DNA of 64,000 nt from Candidatus Poribacteria bacterium (GTDB lineage: Bacteria; Poribacteria; WGA-4E; WGA-3G). Numbering within the stretch: position 1 is the first letter of the stretch; every line of letters begins with the position of its first letter. Shown in pieces: positions 1 to 10,024 of the stretch. The stretch is from NCBI GenBank assembly GCA_965214095.1, contig OZ243938.1, positions 2,304,001-2,368,000 on the forward strand. Direction: 5' to 3'. The notes beneath the pieces are model-generated. The model was not told the DNA's origin. It did not search any database and saw only the letters and a program-made list of their open reading frames with translations. The position numbers were made by a program, and so were the translations under genes.

Positions 1-1692
1 TCAGTAGCCGATAATACGAAATTTGCTCAGTTAACAACAACTACTAATATCAAACCAAAATATGGTGTCTCTCTTCAAGGTGTGGAGAGTTTAGCGATGG
101 AATTACAACATGCGGATGCGGGAGTCGACTATACACTTACCGTCATAAACAATGGCAATACAGACGATAATATACTGTTGACTACAGAAGGTGATATTGA
201 AGCGACATTAAGTAATACTTCAATATCGCTTGGTCCCGGCGCGGCTGAAGAAATAATTCTAACGGTACCAGGAAATGCGTTCGCGGCTTCGGGAGATTAT
301 GCCGTTAAAGTTACTGCTACATCCGAAACTGAAAACACAAAATCCGCACAAATCACCACCGTTACCTATATTTTTTCACCAGAAGATTTAGGGATTCAAA
401 AGGGGTTAATAGGACATTGGAACTTTGATGAATCGGATGGAAACACTGTATATGATGCAAGTGGAAACAACAACGCTATACTTCTAAGTGGTGCAATCTT
501 AGAACCGAACTCTGGAGTCATTGCTGGGGCGATCCGGTTTGATAGTAATAGTGATGAGGTAACTGTTGAGAACGGTGCAGATTTACTCAATGGCCTGGAT
601 GCTTTTACCATCGCACTCTGGGTAAAATCTGATGCAATCTTCACCGATAAAGGTTTTATTTTCCCACAAACACCTAATGGCAATGATGGGATATTCTCTT
701 TACGTTATGACGCAAAAGGTGCAGATGGTGGTGGGACGAATGTAATTAAAGCAGGCATCACCACAACAAAAGGGAAACAGATATATGAAAGTGCAAGCGA
801 TGTACAAACTACCGAATGGCAACACATTGCTTTGACATGGCGAAGTGGTAGAGGATTGACACTTTACATCAACGGGGTGCTTGATCAACCATCATTTAAT
901 AGCACTGCCACAGAAGGCAAAATAAAAAATGCCAAAAAATTCATAATCGGAAGAGGTGCTAAGGATGAAAATGGGTCATGGGATGGTCTCATTGATGATC
1001 TACGTCTCTATAATAGGGTATTGAGTCCAAGCGAAATTTTGAATTTAGTAAGTAGTATTGAGACGGTGGCACCCGATCCAATTCATGGTGTCGGTTTAGT
1101 AGGTAGGGGAGATTTGACGAACCAGACGCAAGATGCAAGTGACGGTGTCACATATTATTTTACTGTCACGAATACTGGCAAAATGACCGACACCATAAAG
1201 TTAGCAATTACAGGAGATGCCGAGGCAACATTAAGTCAAAACTCTGTTTCGCTTGCAGCTGAAGCATCTTTAGATATGACTGTAACGATTCCTGGGTCTG
1301 TCCTTGAGGATCCAGGTGAATATGTGGTCACAGTTTCTGCCACTTCCGAGGGTGATGAAACACAAACGGCTGAAATTGTCACAACAACGACAGTTTTTCC
1401 AAAGACATTTGTCTTTCCGAATTTTCCGAATCCATGTAACCCAGAGACGTGGATACCTTATCAATTGACCGAACCAAGTGATGTTACGATAACAATTTAT
1501 TCTATGCGAGGAGAGGAAGTGCGCACTTTAGCGTTAGGGCATCAGACACCAGGTTTGTATCACAGCAAAGACCGTGCAGCGTATTGGAATGGAACAAATA
1601 AATTGGGTGAACAAGTCGCAAGTGGCATCTATGTCTATAGGTTTGAAACAAGGGATTTCAGCACTACGAAGAAAATGTTAATTCTGAAGTGA
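1..1692 (+). CDS. 5'-truncated secreted protein: Ig-like repeats, LamG-like jellyroll, C-terminal FlgD/T9SS-type-A-like domain
   Basis: Frame is open from base 1. LamG motifs GHWNFDE, WQHIALTW, GLIDDLRLYNRVLS. C-terminus PNFPNPCNPETWIPYQL...VASGIYVY...KKMLILK. Confidence 0.85.
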   Translation, partial: SVADNTKFAQLTTTTNIKPKYGVSLQGVESLAMELQHADAGVDYTLTVINNGNTDDNILLTTEGDIEATLSNTSISLGPGAAEEIILTVPGNAFAASGDYAVKVTATSETENTKSAQITTVTYIFSPEDLGIQKGLIGHWNFDESDGNTVYDASGNNNAILLSGAILEPNSGVIAGAIRFDSNSDEVTVENGADLLNGLDAFTIALWVKSDAIFTDKGFIFPQTPNGNDGIFSLRYDAKGADGGGTNVIKAGITTTKGKQIYESASDVQTTEWQHIALTWRSGRGLTLYINGVLDQPSFNSTATEGKIKNAKKFIIGRGAKDENGSWDGLIDDLRLYNRVLSPSEILNLVSSIETVAPDPIHGVGLVGRGDLTNQTQDASDGVTYYFTVTNTGKMTDTIKLAITGDAEATLSQNSVSLAAEASLDMTVTIPGSVLEDPGEYVVTVSATSEGDETQTAEIVTTTTVFPKTFVFPNFPNPCNPETWIPYQLTEPSDVTITIYSMRGEEVRTLALGHQTPGLYHSKDRAAYWNGTNKLGEQVASGIYVYRFETRDFSTTKKMLILK

Positions 1693-1753
1693 GATGAGAT
1701 CGCATTCTATACCCTATAGATTTGACTTCCTAATCGAACCCGTTTGCAAAACA

Positions 1754-1781
1754 CGGTAGGTTCGGTTTCCTAACCGAATCT
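1754..1781 (+). repeat. GTAG-type REP hairpin (GGTAGGTTCGGTTTCCTAACCGAA)
   Basis: GTAG followed by a stem-loop; at least 15 related copies are dispersed in intergenic DNA of this window. Confidence 0.8.
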
Positions 1782-1795
1782 TAGAAGGAACATCA

Positions 1796-2737
1796 ATGAT
1801 CAAAAAACTAAGATTTATACTTTTCATCCCTATAACTATGTTGTATTTCACTTCTGTTATTGGCTCAGTGTCTGATACTTATGGTATAACGTTAACGGGC
1901 ATCGGCAATTTAAAAGTTGAAATACCGAAGGGCAATGGCAATGTTTTATATACAATTCGGATAACAAATATTGGCACTGAACTAGACACAATATCCCTGA
2001 CAACAGAAGGGACAGTAAAGACATCGTTAACACGAAACTCTGTAACCCTTGCACCAGGGGCATCTACGGATGTAGTGATGGTCATTAGTGAAGAAGAACT
2101 ATCGGATGTGGGGACGTATGAAGTCAACGTGACTGCAACTTCCAAAGGCGATCCCACAAAAACGGCAACTATCACTACTACCACAATCATCTTTACCTGT
2201 GGCGTTGAAGTTGACAGTATCGGTGATGTGAAGATTGAGACAACTGAATCGGGAACGTCAGCAAGTTATAAAATCCACATTACAAACATCGGTAGCAGAT
2301 CTGACACAGTATCACTTTCAGTTTCAGGTGGTGTTGATGTTGAACTAAGTGAGACTTCAGTAGTCCTTGAAGCGGGAACTTCTGCGGAGGTGATATTAAC
2401 GATTGATGAGGATGTGTTTGCCGGTCTACTGTCAACTCCTGGTGAGTATAAGGTAGTAATCACTGCTACATCAAGTAGCATTAGCACGGAAACAGATGAA
2501 ATTACTACTACCATTATAGTAGAACAGATACCCGCAGACCTTACTGCTGATGGAGTTGTGAATATCCTTGATTTAGTGAAAGTTGCCAATGCATTTGGGA
2601 GCGAAGGGAACGGTCTTGCAGCAGATATTACTATGGACGGTATTGTGAATATCCTTGATTTAGTGAAAGTTGCTTCACATTTCGGAGAAACACAGATTGA
2701 TTATGCTTTAGCAAACTTTAGTATATCTCACAAGTAG
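1796..2737 (+). CDS. Secreted protein with two Ig-like repeats and a C-terminal dockerin-type domain
   Basis: Signal peptide; repeats similar to those of the upstream gene; duplicated D-x-T-x-DG-x-VNILDLVKVA motif. Confidence 0.8.
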   Translation: MIKKLRFILFIPITMLYFTSVIGSVSDTYGITLTGIGNLKVEIPKGNGNVLYTIRITNIGTELDTISLTTEGTVKTSLTRNSVTLAPGASTDVVMVISEEELSDVGTYEVNVTATSKGDPTKTATITTTTIIFTCGVEVDSIGDVKIETTESGTSASYKIHITNIGSRSDTVSLSVSGGVDVELSETSVVLEAGTSAEVILTIDEDVFAGLLSTPGEYKVVITATSSSISTETDEITTTIIVEQIPADLTADGVVNILDLVKVANAFGSEGNGLAADITMDGIVNILDLVKVASHFGETQIDYALANFSISHK

Positions 2738-2850
2738 TTGGCGTTGAACGGAATCTCGCTCATCCTCAACAATGAATATGCCAAATACTACTTACTATTT
2801 GGTGTTGACTATAAATAAGATTGGTAAATACAACTACAATCGGATGGAAA

Positions 2851-3232
2851 ATGTTGGAACAACAAGACTTCTCGCAGCTAAGCAACACTGAAACTAATAC
2901 CGTTTACCATCTTCAACTTAAAAGGTTAACTGATATTCTGGAGAGTCATTGGTATTCTGGTGTTCATTATAACAATTGAGTATATTCTCACTGTTTCTTT
3001 TGGCTTGCTATTTGCATTCTTAGGACTAATTCATAAAGTTAGCGCGGGTTCTACAATCATTTATGTGCTTCAGGCACCATTTGACCTAAGCCGTATAGAT
3101 TCAGTTGCTTCCGCAATTATGAGATTTCTTGATATCGGGGCAAATGCTTTCACCACACCGATTTTCGCAATCAGTGTGACACTTCTTTATTTTGACATTC
3201 GTTTTCTGATGAGACGTGTGCCATCAAGGTGA
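2851..3232 (+). pseudogene. Probable degraded membrane-protein gene
   Basis: Short N-terminal frame from ATG 2851 (MLEQQDFSQ...LTDIL) followed by an out-of-frame hydrophobic fragment ending TLLYFDIR; far shorter than expected for such membrane proteins. Confidence 0.4.
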
Positions 3233-3380
3233 GAATATCCCAAAATCAGGATCCATCTCGTTCTTAAGTAATACATATTTTATATTTGAAAGCATTACGT
3301 CCTTGGTTAGTCCATGTTTTCAGTAGTTTGAGTTTCCAATTGTCCGGTCCTCTAGACTTGACAAAGTATATGTGATTTAC

Positions 3381-3476
3381 TATAGTGAAATTGGACTGAC
3401 AATAAGAAAGTTGACACCGGTTCGGTTAGGAAACCGAACCTACCGTCGTGTGTAAATAATTATGGTTTTTACTATA
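3381..3476. mobile_element. TATAGT...ACTATA MITE (Correia/IS630-like ends) carrying one REP
   Basis: Ends TATAGTGAAA / TTTTACTATA; internal GGTTCGGTTAGGAAACCGAACCTACCG; right half nearly identical to 24940-25001. Confidence 0.7.
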
Positions 3477-3507
3477 ACTGTTTCATTTTAAAGGATTTAT
3501 TAGAAAT

Positions 3508-4566
3508 ATGAAAAAATTTAAACTTGGTGTAATTGGTGCTGGTGGTATCGTTTGCCGTATGCATCTACCCGATATAAAAAATGGAGACGATTTTGACATC
3601 GCTGTTATTGGTGGAAGGCGCGAACACCGCCTCAAACATCAGTGTCAAGAATTTGATATACCCCGTTGGACACAGGATTATGACGCAATTATCGCAGACG
3701 ACTCACTTGATGCAATCCTCGTCGGCACACCGCATCCCTTACATGTTTCATGGGGTGTGAAAGCATTGGAAGCAGGGAAACATGTCCTGATGCAAAAACC
3801 ACTCTGTGGTGAGATGGATGAGGCAAATCAATTTGTGGATGCCGCTGAAGCGAGTGGCAAAACAGTCATGTGTCTTCCACATTTTAGTGCAGGTATCTAT
3901 AAAGTCCGTCAACTCATTGCAGAAAATGCAATCGGACGCGTCTCTGGCGCGAGAATGCGAAGTAGCCACGGTGGACCGGAGATATATTATGCCGAAATCA
4001 TGGATATTTTTGGCGAAAGCGGAGACGACTTGTGGTTTTTTGATGCGAAACAAGCGAGTGTCGGTGCACTCTTCGATATGGGGGTTTACGCTGTATCAGG
4101 TCTCGTTGCCATGCTTGGAACTTTCAAACGTGTTACCGGCTTCGTTTCAACTTTTGACAAACCGACAGAATTAGAAGATGTCGCAACACTCGTGCTTGAG
4201 ATGGAATCAGGTGGAATTGTCACCGCAGAAACATCTTGGTGTGACCCCGCACGTACAGGTGAATCAAGTATCCACGGCACAGCAGGCAAGTTCACAATGC
4301 CGGGAAAAGATGGTGCCGGTCTCACACAATACACACCTACCTCATATACGCGCGAACATGCTCCTGTTGATACGAAAGCCATTGATTGTGGTGATGTCGC
4401 ACCCAGTGGGATGCACGCACATTTCGCGGAACATATCCGAGCAGGAACACAACCACCCCTCTCCAATGTTTATACAGCGCGGCATGTGACTGAAATTCTA
4501 CTGGCAGGACTCAAATCATCTGAAACTGGTAGTGCTGTTGAACTCACGACAGTATCGGACAAGTAA
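3508..4566 (+). CDS. Gfo/Idh/MocA family oxidoreductase
   Basis: GVIGAGGI Rossmann motif, GKHVLMQKP, GALFDMGVY. Confidence 0.9.
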   Translation: MKKFKLGVIGAGGIVCRMHLPDIKNGDDFDIAVIGGRREHRLKHQCQEFDIPRWTQDYDAIIADDSLDAILVGTPHPLHVSWGVKALEAGKHVLMQKPLCGEMDEANQFVDAAEASGKTVMCLPHFSAGIYKVRQLIAENAIGRVSGARMRSSHGGPEIYYAEIMDIFGESGDDLWFFDAKQASVGALFDMGVYAVSGLVAMLGTFKRVTGFVSTFDKPTELEDVATLVLEMESGGIVTAETSWCDPARTGESSIHGTAGKFTMPGKDGAGLTQYTPTSYTREHAPVDTKAIDCGDVAPSGMHAHFAEHIRAGTQPPLSNVYTARHVTEILLAGLKSSETGSAVELTTVSDK

Positions 4567-4575
4567 GTTGTGTAC

Positions 4576-4626
4576 AAAAAGACATCTCCATGTAGTTGAT
4601 TTTCTCAAATACTACACGGAGATGTC
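4576..4626. terminator. Probable intrinsic terminator between convergent genes
   Basis: GACATCTCCATGTAGT...ACTACACGGAGATGTC stem preceded by an A-run. Confidence 0.6.
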
Positions 4627-4633
4627 AACACAA

Positions 4634-5089
4634 TTAATCTAAACTTGCATGAAATTCATACCAATCATCAAGGTTGTTAAGGTTGACAGCATCTAAAATA
4701 GAACCATCATCTTCAATACCGCTCGCACCGAGAATACCACTTCGGGTATCGTCATCGTGATGGTACCCCTCTATCGAAGCATTCAACTCAGCAACTGCAT
4801 CAGCATCAAGGCTACCACCTTTTTGCTCTAAAACCCACGCCTCAAATTGAGGATATGTCGGGGAATTATCTCGGATATATGCAAGGGTCGTATCCTTATC
4901 AAGTCCAAGACCATCTAACACCATCTGATCATAACCCGCGCCACAGGCAGGATAGTCTTCGTGAAGAACACCTTTTGCATCCATCAATACTTTAGACCAA
5001 AATCTTGGGAGATGTAATACACCTAAGGGACCAGCTACCGCAGAACTAATTGTCGGGATCAGAGCTGATTTCTTTTTCCTTCCAAACAT
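4634..5089 (-). CDS. DUF5069-like hypothetical protein
   Basis: GGAGG RBS before ATG 5089; GVLHLPRFWSK...DQMVLDGLG pattern. Confidence 0.65.
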   Translation of the reverse strand: MFGRKKKSALIPTISSAVAGPLGVLHLPRFWSKVLMDAKGVLHEDYPACGAGYDQMVLDGLGLDKDTTLAYIRDNSPTYPQFEAWVLEQKGGSLDADAVAELNASIEGYHHDDDTRSGILGASGIEDDGSILDAVNLNNLDDWYEFHASLD

Positions 5090-5327
5090 AACAAGCCTCC
5101 TTGCTACTATGGATAAGTTTATGTCGTAACTTGCAAGTACATCTTGCAATTATCCGCATTATACCAAAAATGTAAAAAAATCGGAATTAAATTTTCAAAG
5201 GTAGGTGTATAAAGTTTTTGGCATAAAACTACGTATTTCTTCTTGGAGGGTTTTCAACCACGATTTAACGAAAAAGTGCTTGGAGTCGCGCAATGCATTG
5301 CGCCTCGGGCATTGTTTTGTCCTTTTC

Positions 5328-5520
5328 TTTTGTCTGAACCAGGATTTTCAGGATTATAGGATTTCCAAGATTAGGAGTTTCGCACGTTTACGTTCCTTCT
5401 CAAAGAATAACCGTTATCTTATAAATAGCACTTTGATGCATCAAACTCTTATCCTGTAAATCTGTCCCATCCTGTGAATCCTGGTTCAGACAAATAATCC
5501 TGAAAATCCTGGTTCAAACA
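5328..5520. repeat. Palindromic MITE-like element with 9-bp AGGATT periodic subrepeats
   Basis: TTTGTCTGAACCAGGATT at left; inverted copy AATCCTGGTTCAGACAAA ending at 5494, plus a second right end to 5520. Confidence 0.65.
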
Positions 5521-5631
5521 AACAAGAGAAAATCAAGACAATTAATTGCCAATACCTCAATAAATCGTTAAATAGCATATAAAAATGTTGAATTTTTTAG
5601 TTGTTTTCTATAAAATACATTCAATATCATA

Positions 5632-6438
5632 ATGAGGAGTACATATTGGATGACACCCGAAGTCGTATTAGAAAAACGTAATCAGATGCTGCGTGATGGA
5701 TTTTGCATTGTAGACGATATATTGTCTGAAGAATTCTTGCAGGAGTTGCATGATGAAACAGAACGACTCATTGCAGGGCACGTAGAACCTGATGAAATGG
5801 TATATCAAGGACAGCATGTGAATGTCGGCGGAGCAGACAATCCATACATAAAACGGTTGCTGGAGTGGCAGCCATCACGGGACGCACTGGAACAACTCGG
5901 TTTCGGGGATTTCGGAGCATCAGGTGGTATTATTATCTTAACAAAAGAAGCCGGAGGTCCACCACTGTATTGGCACCAAGATTGGATGCGGTGGAATGAC
6001 CCGCTTAGTTGTACACCGTGGCCACAAACCATCTTTCTTAATTACTATCTTTCAGACACGACACCTGAAAATGGGTGTTTAAGGATTATTCCCGGCACAC
6101 ATCTAAAACGAATCGAGTTACACGATCTACTTGTTCCCGCACATGAACAAGGTGCAAGGTTTGTTGATGAAGATCACCCCTACATGTTTGACAATCATCC
6201 AGATCAGATTGATGTATGTGCCAAAGCCGGTTCATTAGTTATGGCAGATGCGCGGGTGCTACATTCCGCACACAGAAATCACACTGATGTACGTCGCACC
6301 TTGATTCTTGCATGGCACAGTCGTCCAAACACCGTTCCTGAATATTGGGATGAAGAGATTCCTGAACTCATCGCAAATCGTGATGCAAACGGAAACTATC
6401 CAGGCTCCCGTATTCCAGGTAATTTATTAAAGCCATAA
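5632..6438 (+). CDS. PhyH-family Fe(II)/2-oxoglutarate dioxygenase
   Basis: WHQD, ENGCLRIIPGTH, distal LHSA, RR. Confidence 0.9.
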   Translation: MRSTYWMTPEVVLEKRNQMLRDGFCIVDDILSEEFLQELHDETERLIAGHVEPDEMVYQGQHVNVGGADNPYIKRLLEWQPSRDALEQLGFGDFGASGGIIILTKEAGGPPLYWHQDWMRWNDPLSCTPWPQTIFLNYYLSDTTPENGCLRIIPGTHLKRIELHDLLVPAHEQGARFVDEDHPYMFDNHPDQIDVCAKAGSLVMADARVLHSAHRNHTDVRRTLILAWHSRPNTVPEYWDEEIPELIANRDANGNYPGSRIPGNLLKP

Positions 6439-6486
6439 AACAACAGATTATCACAGAATATCAACAGAAAACACAGTGAGGTATCT

Positions 6487-7320
6487 ATGGAACAGCACAC
6501 ACTTCATTATGAAGTCTTAAATGTGTTTCATCCAGGTGAAACTGGACAATATTGGGATGTGGATGTGCATGCTACTCCAGAAGAGCTAAAACAATTCGCT
6601 GATTCCGGTTACCTCATTCGCGAAGAACTCTTTCAAGGAGAAGCACTGCAAAAGTTGAGAGATGCACTTGACCGATTAGAAGAACAGGAATCGGAAGGCA
6701 AAGATGCAGCTATCGCTTCAAAACAGGGCTGGGGTTTTATTCCGAGACATCTGATGGATAAGGATGAAGCATTTCTTGATCTCCTAAAATTTCAACCGGT
6801 TTTGTCTATTGTACGTGCGATGATGGGACTGCTTGTTAGATTACGCGGATTGAGTGCACGCATTACATATCCGGGTGATGATAGACAGCATCAAACACCT
6901 TGGCATCAACACATGCGAGTTGTCCCAAATCCGATACCTCCTTGGTTTTCTCGTCCGCATTGTGTTGACTGTTGTATCTATCTTGATGACTTAAACGAAG
7001 ATACGGGAGGTGTTGTCGTAGTTCCCGGTTCTCACGACTGGTTAGACAAGGCAACACCAAGCACTTATGAACCTTTAGATGGAGAAGTGGAACTACGAGT
7101 GAAAGCTGGCGGGGCAGTGTTAATTCACGGCAATCTCTGGCATCGTGCTTTACCAACGCTCAGAGCAAAACGGAGAATGTTAATTCTCGGTTATACACCA
7201 ACATGGCTACGAAGTTCACCACACGGTGGAATGCCACCAGAAGATGGATTGACACAAACCTTCCTCAAAGAAGCTGATATGGAAGAAAGGATGTTATTAG
7301 GTATAGGTGGATATACATAG
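6487..7320 (+). CDS. PhyH-family dioxygenase with HxH motif
   Basis: PWHQH, VVPGSH, LWHRA. Confidence 0.85.
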   Translation: MEQHTLHYEVLNVFHPGETGQYWDVDVHATPEELKQFADSGYLIREELFQGEALQKLRDALDRLEEQESEGKDAAIASKQGWGFIPRHLMDKDEAFLDLLKFQPVLSIVRAMMGLLVRLRGLSARITYPGDDRQHQTPWHQHMRVVPNPIPPWFSRPHCVDCCIYLDDLNEDTGGVVVVPGSHDWLDKATPSTYEPLDGEVELRVKAGGAVLIHGNLWHRALPTLRAKRRMLILGYTPTWLRSSPHGGMPPEDGLTQTFLKEADMEERMLLGIGGYT

Positions 7321-7371
7321 AATACAAGAATATGCGTATATCAACGTGCATGATATAATAGGAGTACTATA

Positions 7372-8187
7372 ATGAAAATCACTACAGGTTTTAAAATTTT
7401 GACACTAATGTTAATGCTAACAATTCCATTATTGATGGTTCACGCGGAAGGGGTTAGCACAGATGAACTGATCATCCATTATAGTTTTGACGAAGAGACC
7501 CAGGAGGGGACAGATATAATGGATTTGTCGGGAAATGATAATCATGGTCTGCTAAATGGTAATCTCAATGTTGTGGAAGGCAAAGTTAACGGTGCTATGG
7601 AGTTTCCAGGTGGTGCGGCTAACTTTATTGCAGTGCGAGAGCATTTTTATGATGATTTGTTCCCAGAAATTACCCTCGCAGTATGGGTTAAAACTTCAAT
7701 AAGAGGAATGATCGCCTCATGGGATCGAAGCGAATTTTTCCGATTCGGTGTAGGTGATGATGTACTCGGAAATTTGACCTTCATCGGTTTTGATGTCTGT
7801 TGTCCAATCATAGATTGGCACGGGAAGGTTGAAGTAACGGACGACGAATGGCATCATGTTGTCGCGACCTTTGATGCAGAAATGAAGCGGATATACGTTG
7901 ATGGGGAATTGGACGTGGAGGCACCAACAGACACAAACACCAAGATGATTGGAAAACAGTTAGTACGTTACGGGTTTATCGGCATCGGTTCAGAAGCTAT
8001 TGCTTTCAATGGTGGAAAAGGTCCCAACTGGGTTTTCACTGGGTTGATGGATGAGTTCCTCCTGTTCCATCGTGCAATTTCCGCTGAGGAGGTTGAAACC
8101 TTGGCAAAAGGAACTACTAATCCCTTTGCAGTTGAACCTGCAGACAAATTAAGCATCACATGGGGGAAAATCAAAGGCATGAAATAA
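7372..8187 (+). CDS. Secreted LamG-like jellyroll protein with KLSITWGKIK tail
   Basis: Signal peptide, HYSFDE, WHHVVATFD, GLMDEF. Confidence 0.85.
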   Translation: MKITTGFKILTLMLMLTIPLLMVHAEGVSTDELIIHYSFDEETQEGTDIMDLSGNDNHGLLNGNLNVVEGKVNGAMEFPGGAANFIAVREHFYDDLFPEITLAVWVKTSIRGMIASWDRSEFFRFGVGDDVLGNLTFIGFDVCCPIIDWHGKVEVTDDEWHHVVATFDAEMKRIYVDGELDVEAPTDTNTKMIGKQLVRYGFIGIGSEAIAFNGGKGPNWVFTGLMDEFLLFHRAISAEEVETLAKGTTNPFAVEPADKLSITWGKIKGMK

Positions 8188-8291
8188 TACAGTGATAACC
8201 AAAACTGTAAATCATAAACCTTACAGAAATAGAACCTTATTTGTTGTAGATAACACACCTCTAATAGTGTCTATGAATAAAAGGAGATAAA

Positions 8292-9113
8292 ATGAAAAAC
8301 TCATTTATTTTCAAAATGTTGACGCTAGCAGTAATTCTATCTATAGCAGCGTTGACTTCACATGCAGGTGGTATTAGTGATAAAGAACTCGTAATCTACT
8401 ATAGTTTTGACAAGACATCTCAAAAGGGTGACGATATATTAGATTTGTCAGAAAATGGGTACGACGGACTAATCCACGGTGATAAACTAAAGATTGTAGA
8501 TGAAGGTATAGTAAACGAATGCATGGAATTCCCCGGCGGGGCAACCCAATACATCGCTGTACGTGATCTAAACTATACCGAAGGCATACCAGAACTGTCT
8601 ATGGCAGTTTGGGTAAAAACGTCCGGCAGGGGAATGATTGCTTCATGGGATCGTAGTGACTATTTTCGGTTTGCAGTAGGAGATGCTGCCATAGACCATG
8701 TTGATTTTGTCGCTTTTGATATCTGTTGTCCTATAGAAGATTGGCACGGAGATATTAAGGTGTCAGATGGAGAATGGCATCATGTCGCTGTTACTTTTGA
8801 TGGAGATATGAAGCGTATATATGTTGATGGAAAAGTTGATGTGGAAGCAGCCGCTGCGACTAATAATAAAATGATCGGTCCGAAAGCACAACGTTACGGT
8901 TTTATTGGTATCGGTTCTGAAGCAGCTGCATTTAATGGGAATGCAAGTCCTACATGGACATTTACAGGACTAATGGATGAGTTCCTGATGTTCCATCGCG
9001 CACTTTCCGAAGATGAAATAGAAGACCTCTATAGAAACAGTGGTGATCCGTTTACTGTTGAACCGATAGGCAAATTAGGCATTACCTGGGCAGAAATCAA
9101 ACGTAGTAATTAA
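8292..9113 (+). CDS. Secreted LamG-like protein, tandem paralogue, KLGITWAEIK tail
   Basis: Colinear similarity to 7372-8187. Confidence 0.85.
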   Translation: MKNSFIFKMLTLAVILSIAALTSHAGGISDKELVIYYSFDKTSQKGDDILDLSENGYDGLIHGDKLKIVDEGIVNECMEFPGGATQYIAVRDLNYTEGIPELSMAVWVKTSGRGMIASWDRSDYFRFAVGDAAIDHVDFVAFDICCPIEDWHGDIKVSDGEWHHVAVTFDGDMKRIYVDGKVDVEAAAATNNKMIGPKAQRYGFIGIGSEAAAFNGNASPTWTFTGLMDEFLMFHRALSEDEIEDLYRNSGDPFTVEPIGKLGITWAEIKRSN

Positions 9114-9145
9114 AAGCAAAACGGGTGATTGATCTAATCACCCGT
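9113..9145. terminator. Probable intrinsic terminator
   Basis: ACGGGTGATT / AATCACCCGT 10-bp stem with a 5' A-rich tract, between convergent genes. Confidence 0.65.
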
Positions 9146-9167
9146 ACATTCAAATTATTACATAGAA

Positions 9168-9941
9168 TTATGCGTTTCCGTTTTCCACTGCCTCTTGTAT
9201 ACCAGGCCATTCACGCCAAATATCGGTGTAACTATCATAACCGTTTTCTTCAACATCAACATGCCGTATACGGAAAATCACCGCATACCGAATATCTGAA
9301 GATGCATTCGCTGCTGCAGAGTGTACAACTTGGTGATGGGTTAGAACAACATCACCTGCATTTCCAACAATTTGTGTAGGACCTTCGGGGAGTTCAGGTT
9401 TTGGCATTCCGTTCGCTAAAATTTCATGTCCTTCCTTTTTGAAGTAGTCTGCAAAGAAACTGTGTGTCTTGGGCCACACCGTGAAGTTACCGCTATAAGG
9501 TTCAGGCACATCTGCCAAATAAACAACAGCTAACGCCGTAAATCCGCGCCTGTATACCCCTTTTTCCATACCGTTTGTTCCGCTTCCCAATCCATCAAGG
9601 TGTCCACCAGGTTCTTTCGCATCACGACCCAACGGCATTGGAAAACGTAGTGCTATCTGCGCTGAACCGGGAACCTGAACATTCCCTTCTCCCAACATTG
9701 ATTCGGCAATGTTCTGGATAGGCGTTTTATTGAAAATCTCAACAATCTGCGGGGCATTCCTGATTTCGTTACAATACGATTGTGCGCGAAACTTTTCCAA
9801 GTCGCCTTGATGCATACCGACTGCACCGATGGAATGATTAATCATCTTTCGGGCACTATCCACCATCAACTTCGGCACAACACCAGGAACTTTGATAAAA
9901 CCATTTTCATAGAATTCTAACTTCTGTTTTTGTGTGAGCAT
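9168..9941 (-). CDS. PhyH-family dioxygenase
   Basis: FYENGF, GHLDG, FTVWPKTH, VVHSA. Confidence 0.85.
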   Translation of the reverse strand: MLTQKQKLEFYENGFIKVPGVVPKLMVDSARKMINHSIGAVGMHQGDLEKFRAQSYCNEIRNAPQIVEIFNKTPIQNIAESMLGEGNVQVPGSAQIALRFPMPLGRDAKEPGGHLDGLGSGTNGMEKGVYRRGFTALAVVYLADVPEPYSGNFTVWPKTHSFFADYFKKEGHEILANGMPKPELPEGPTQIVGNAGDVVLTHHQVVHSAAANASSDIRYAVIFRIRHVDVEENGYDSYTDIWREWPGIQEAVENGNA

Positions 9942-10024
9942 ATTGAAATCCTCTACGCATTATTTCAAATATTTGAAATTTAGACTATACCATAAACAAT
10001 AAGTTTAAGGTAATTCAGTTGTCA

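Noticed and set aside
5205-5459. 84-aa ORF
   Set aside because: It is a translation of REP/MITE DNA.
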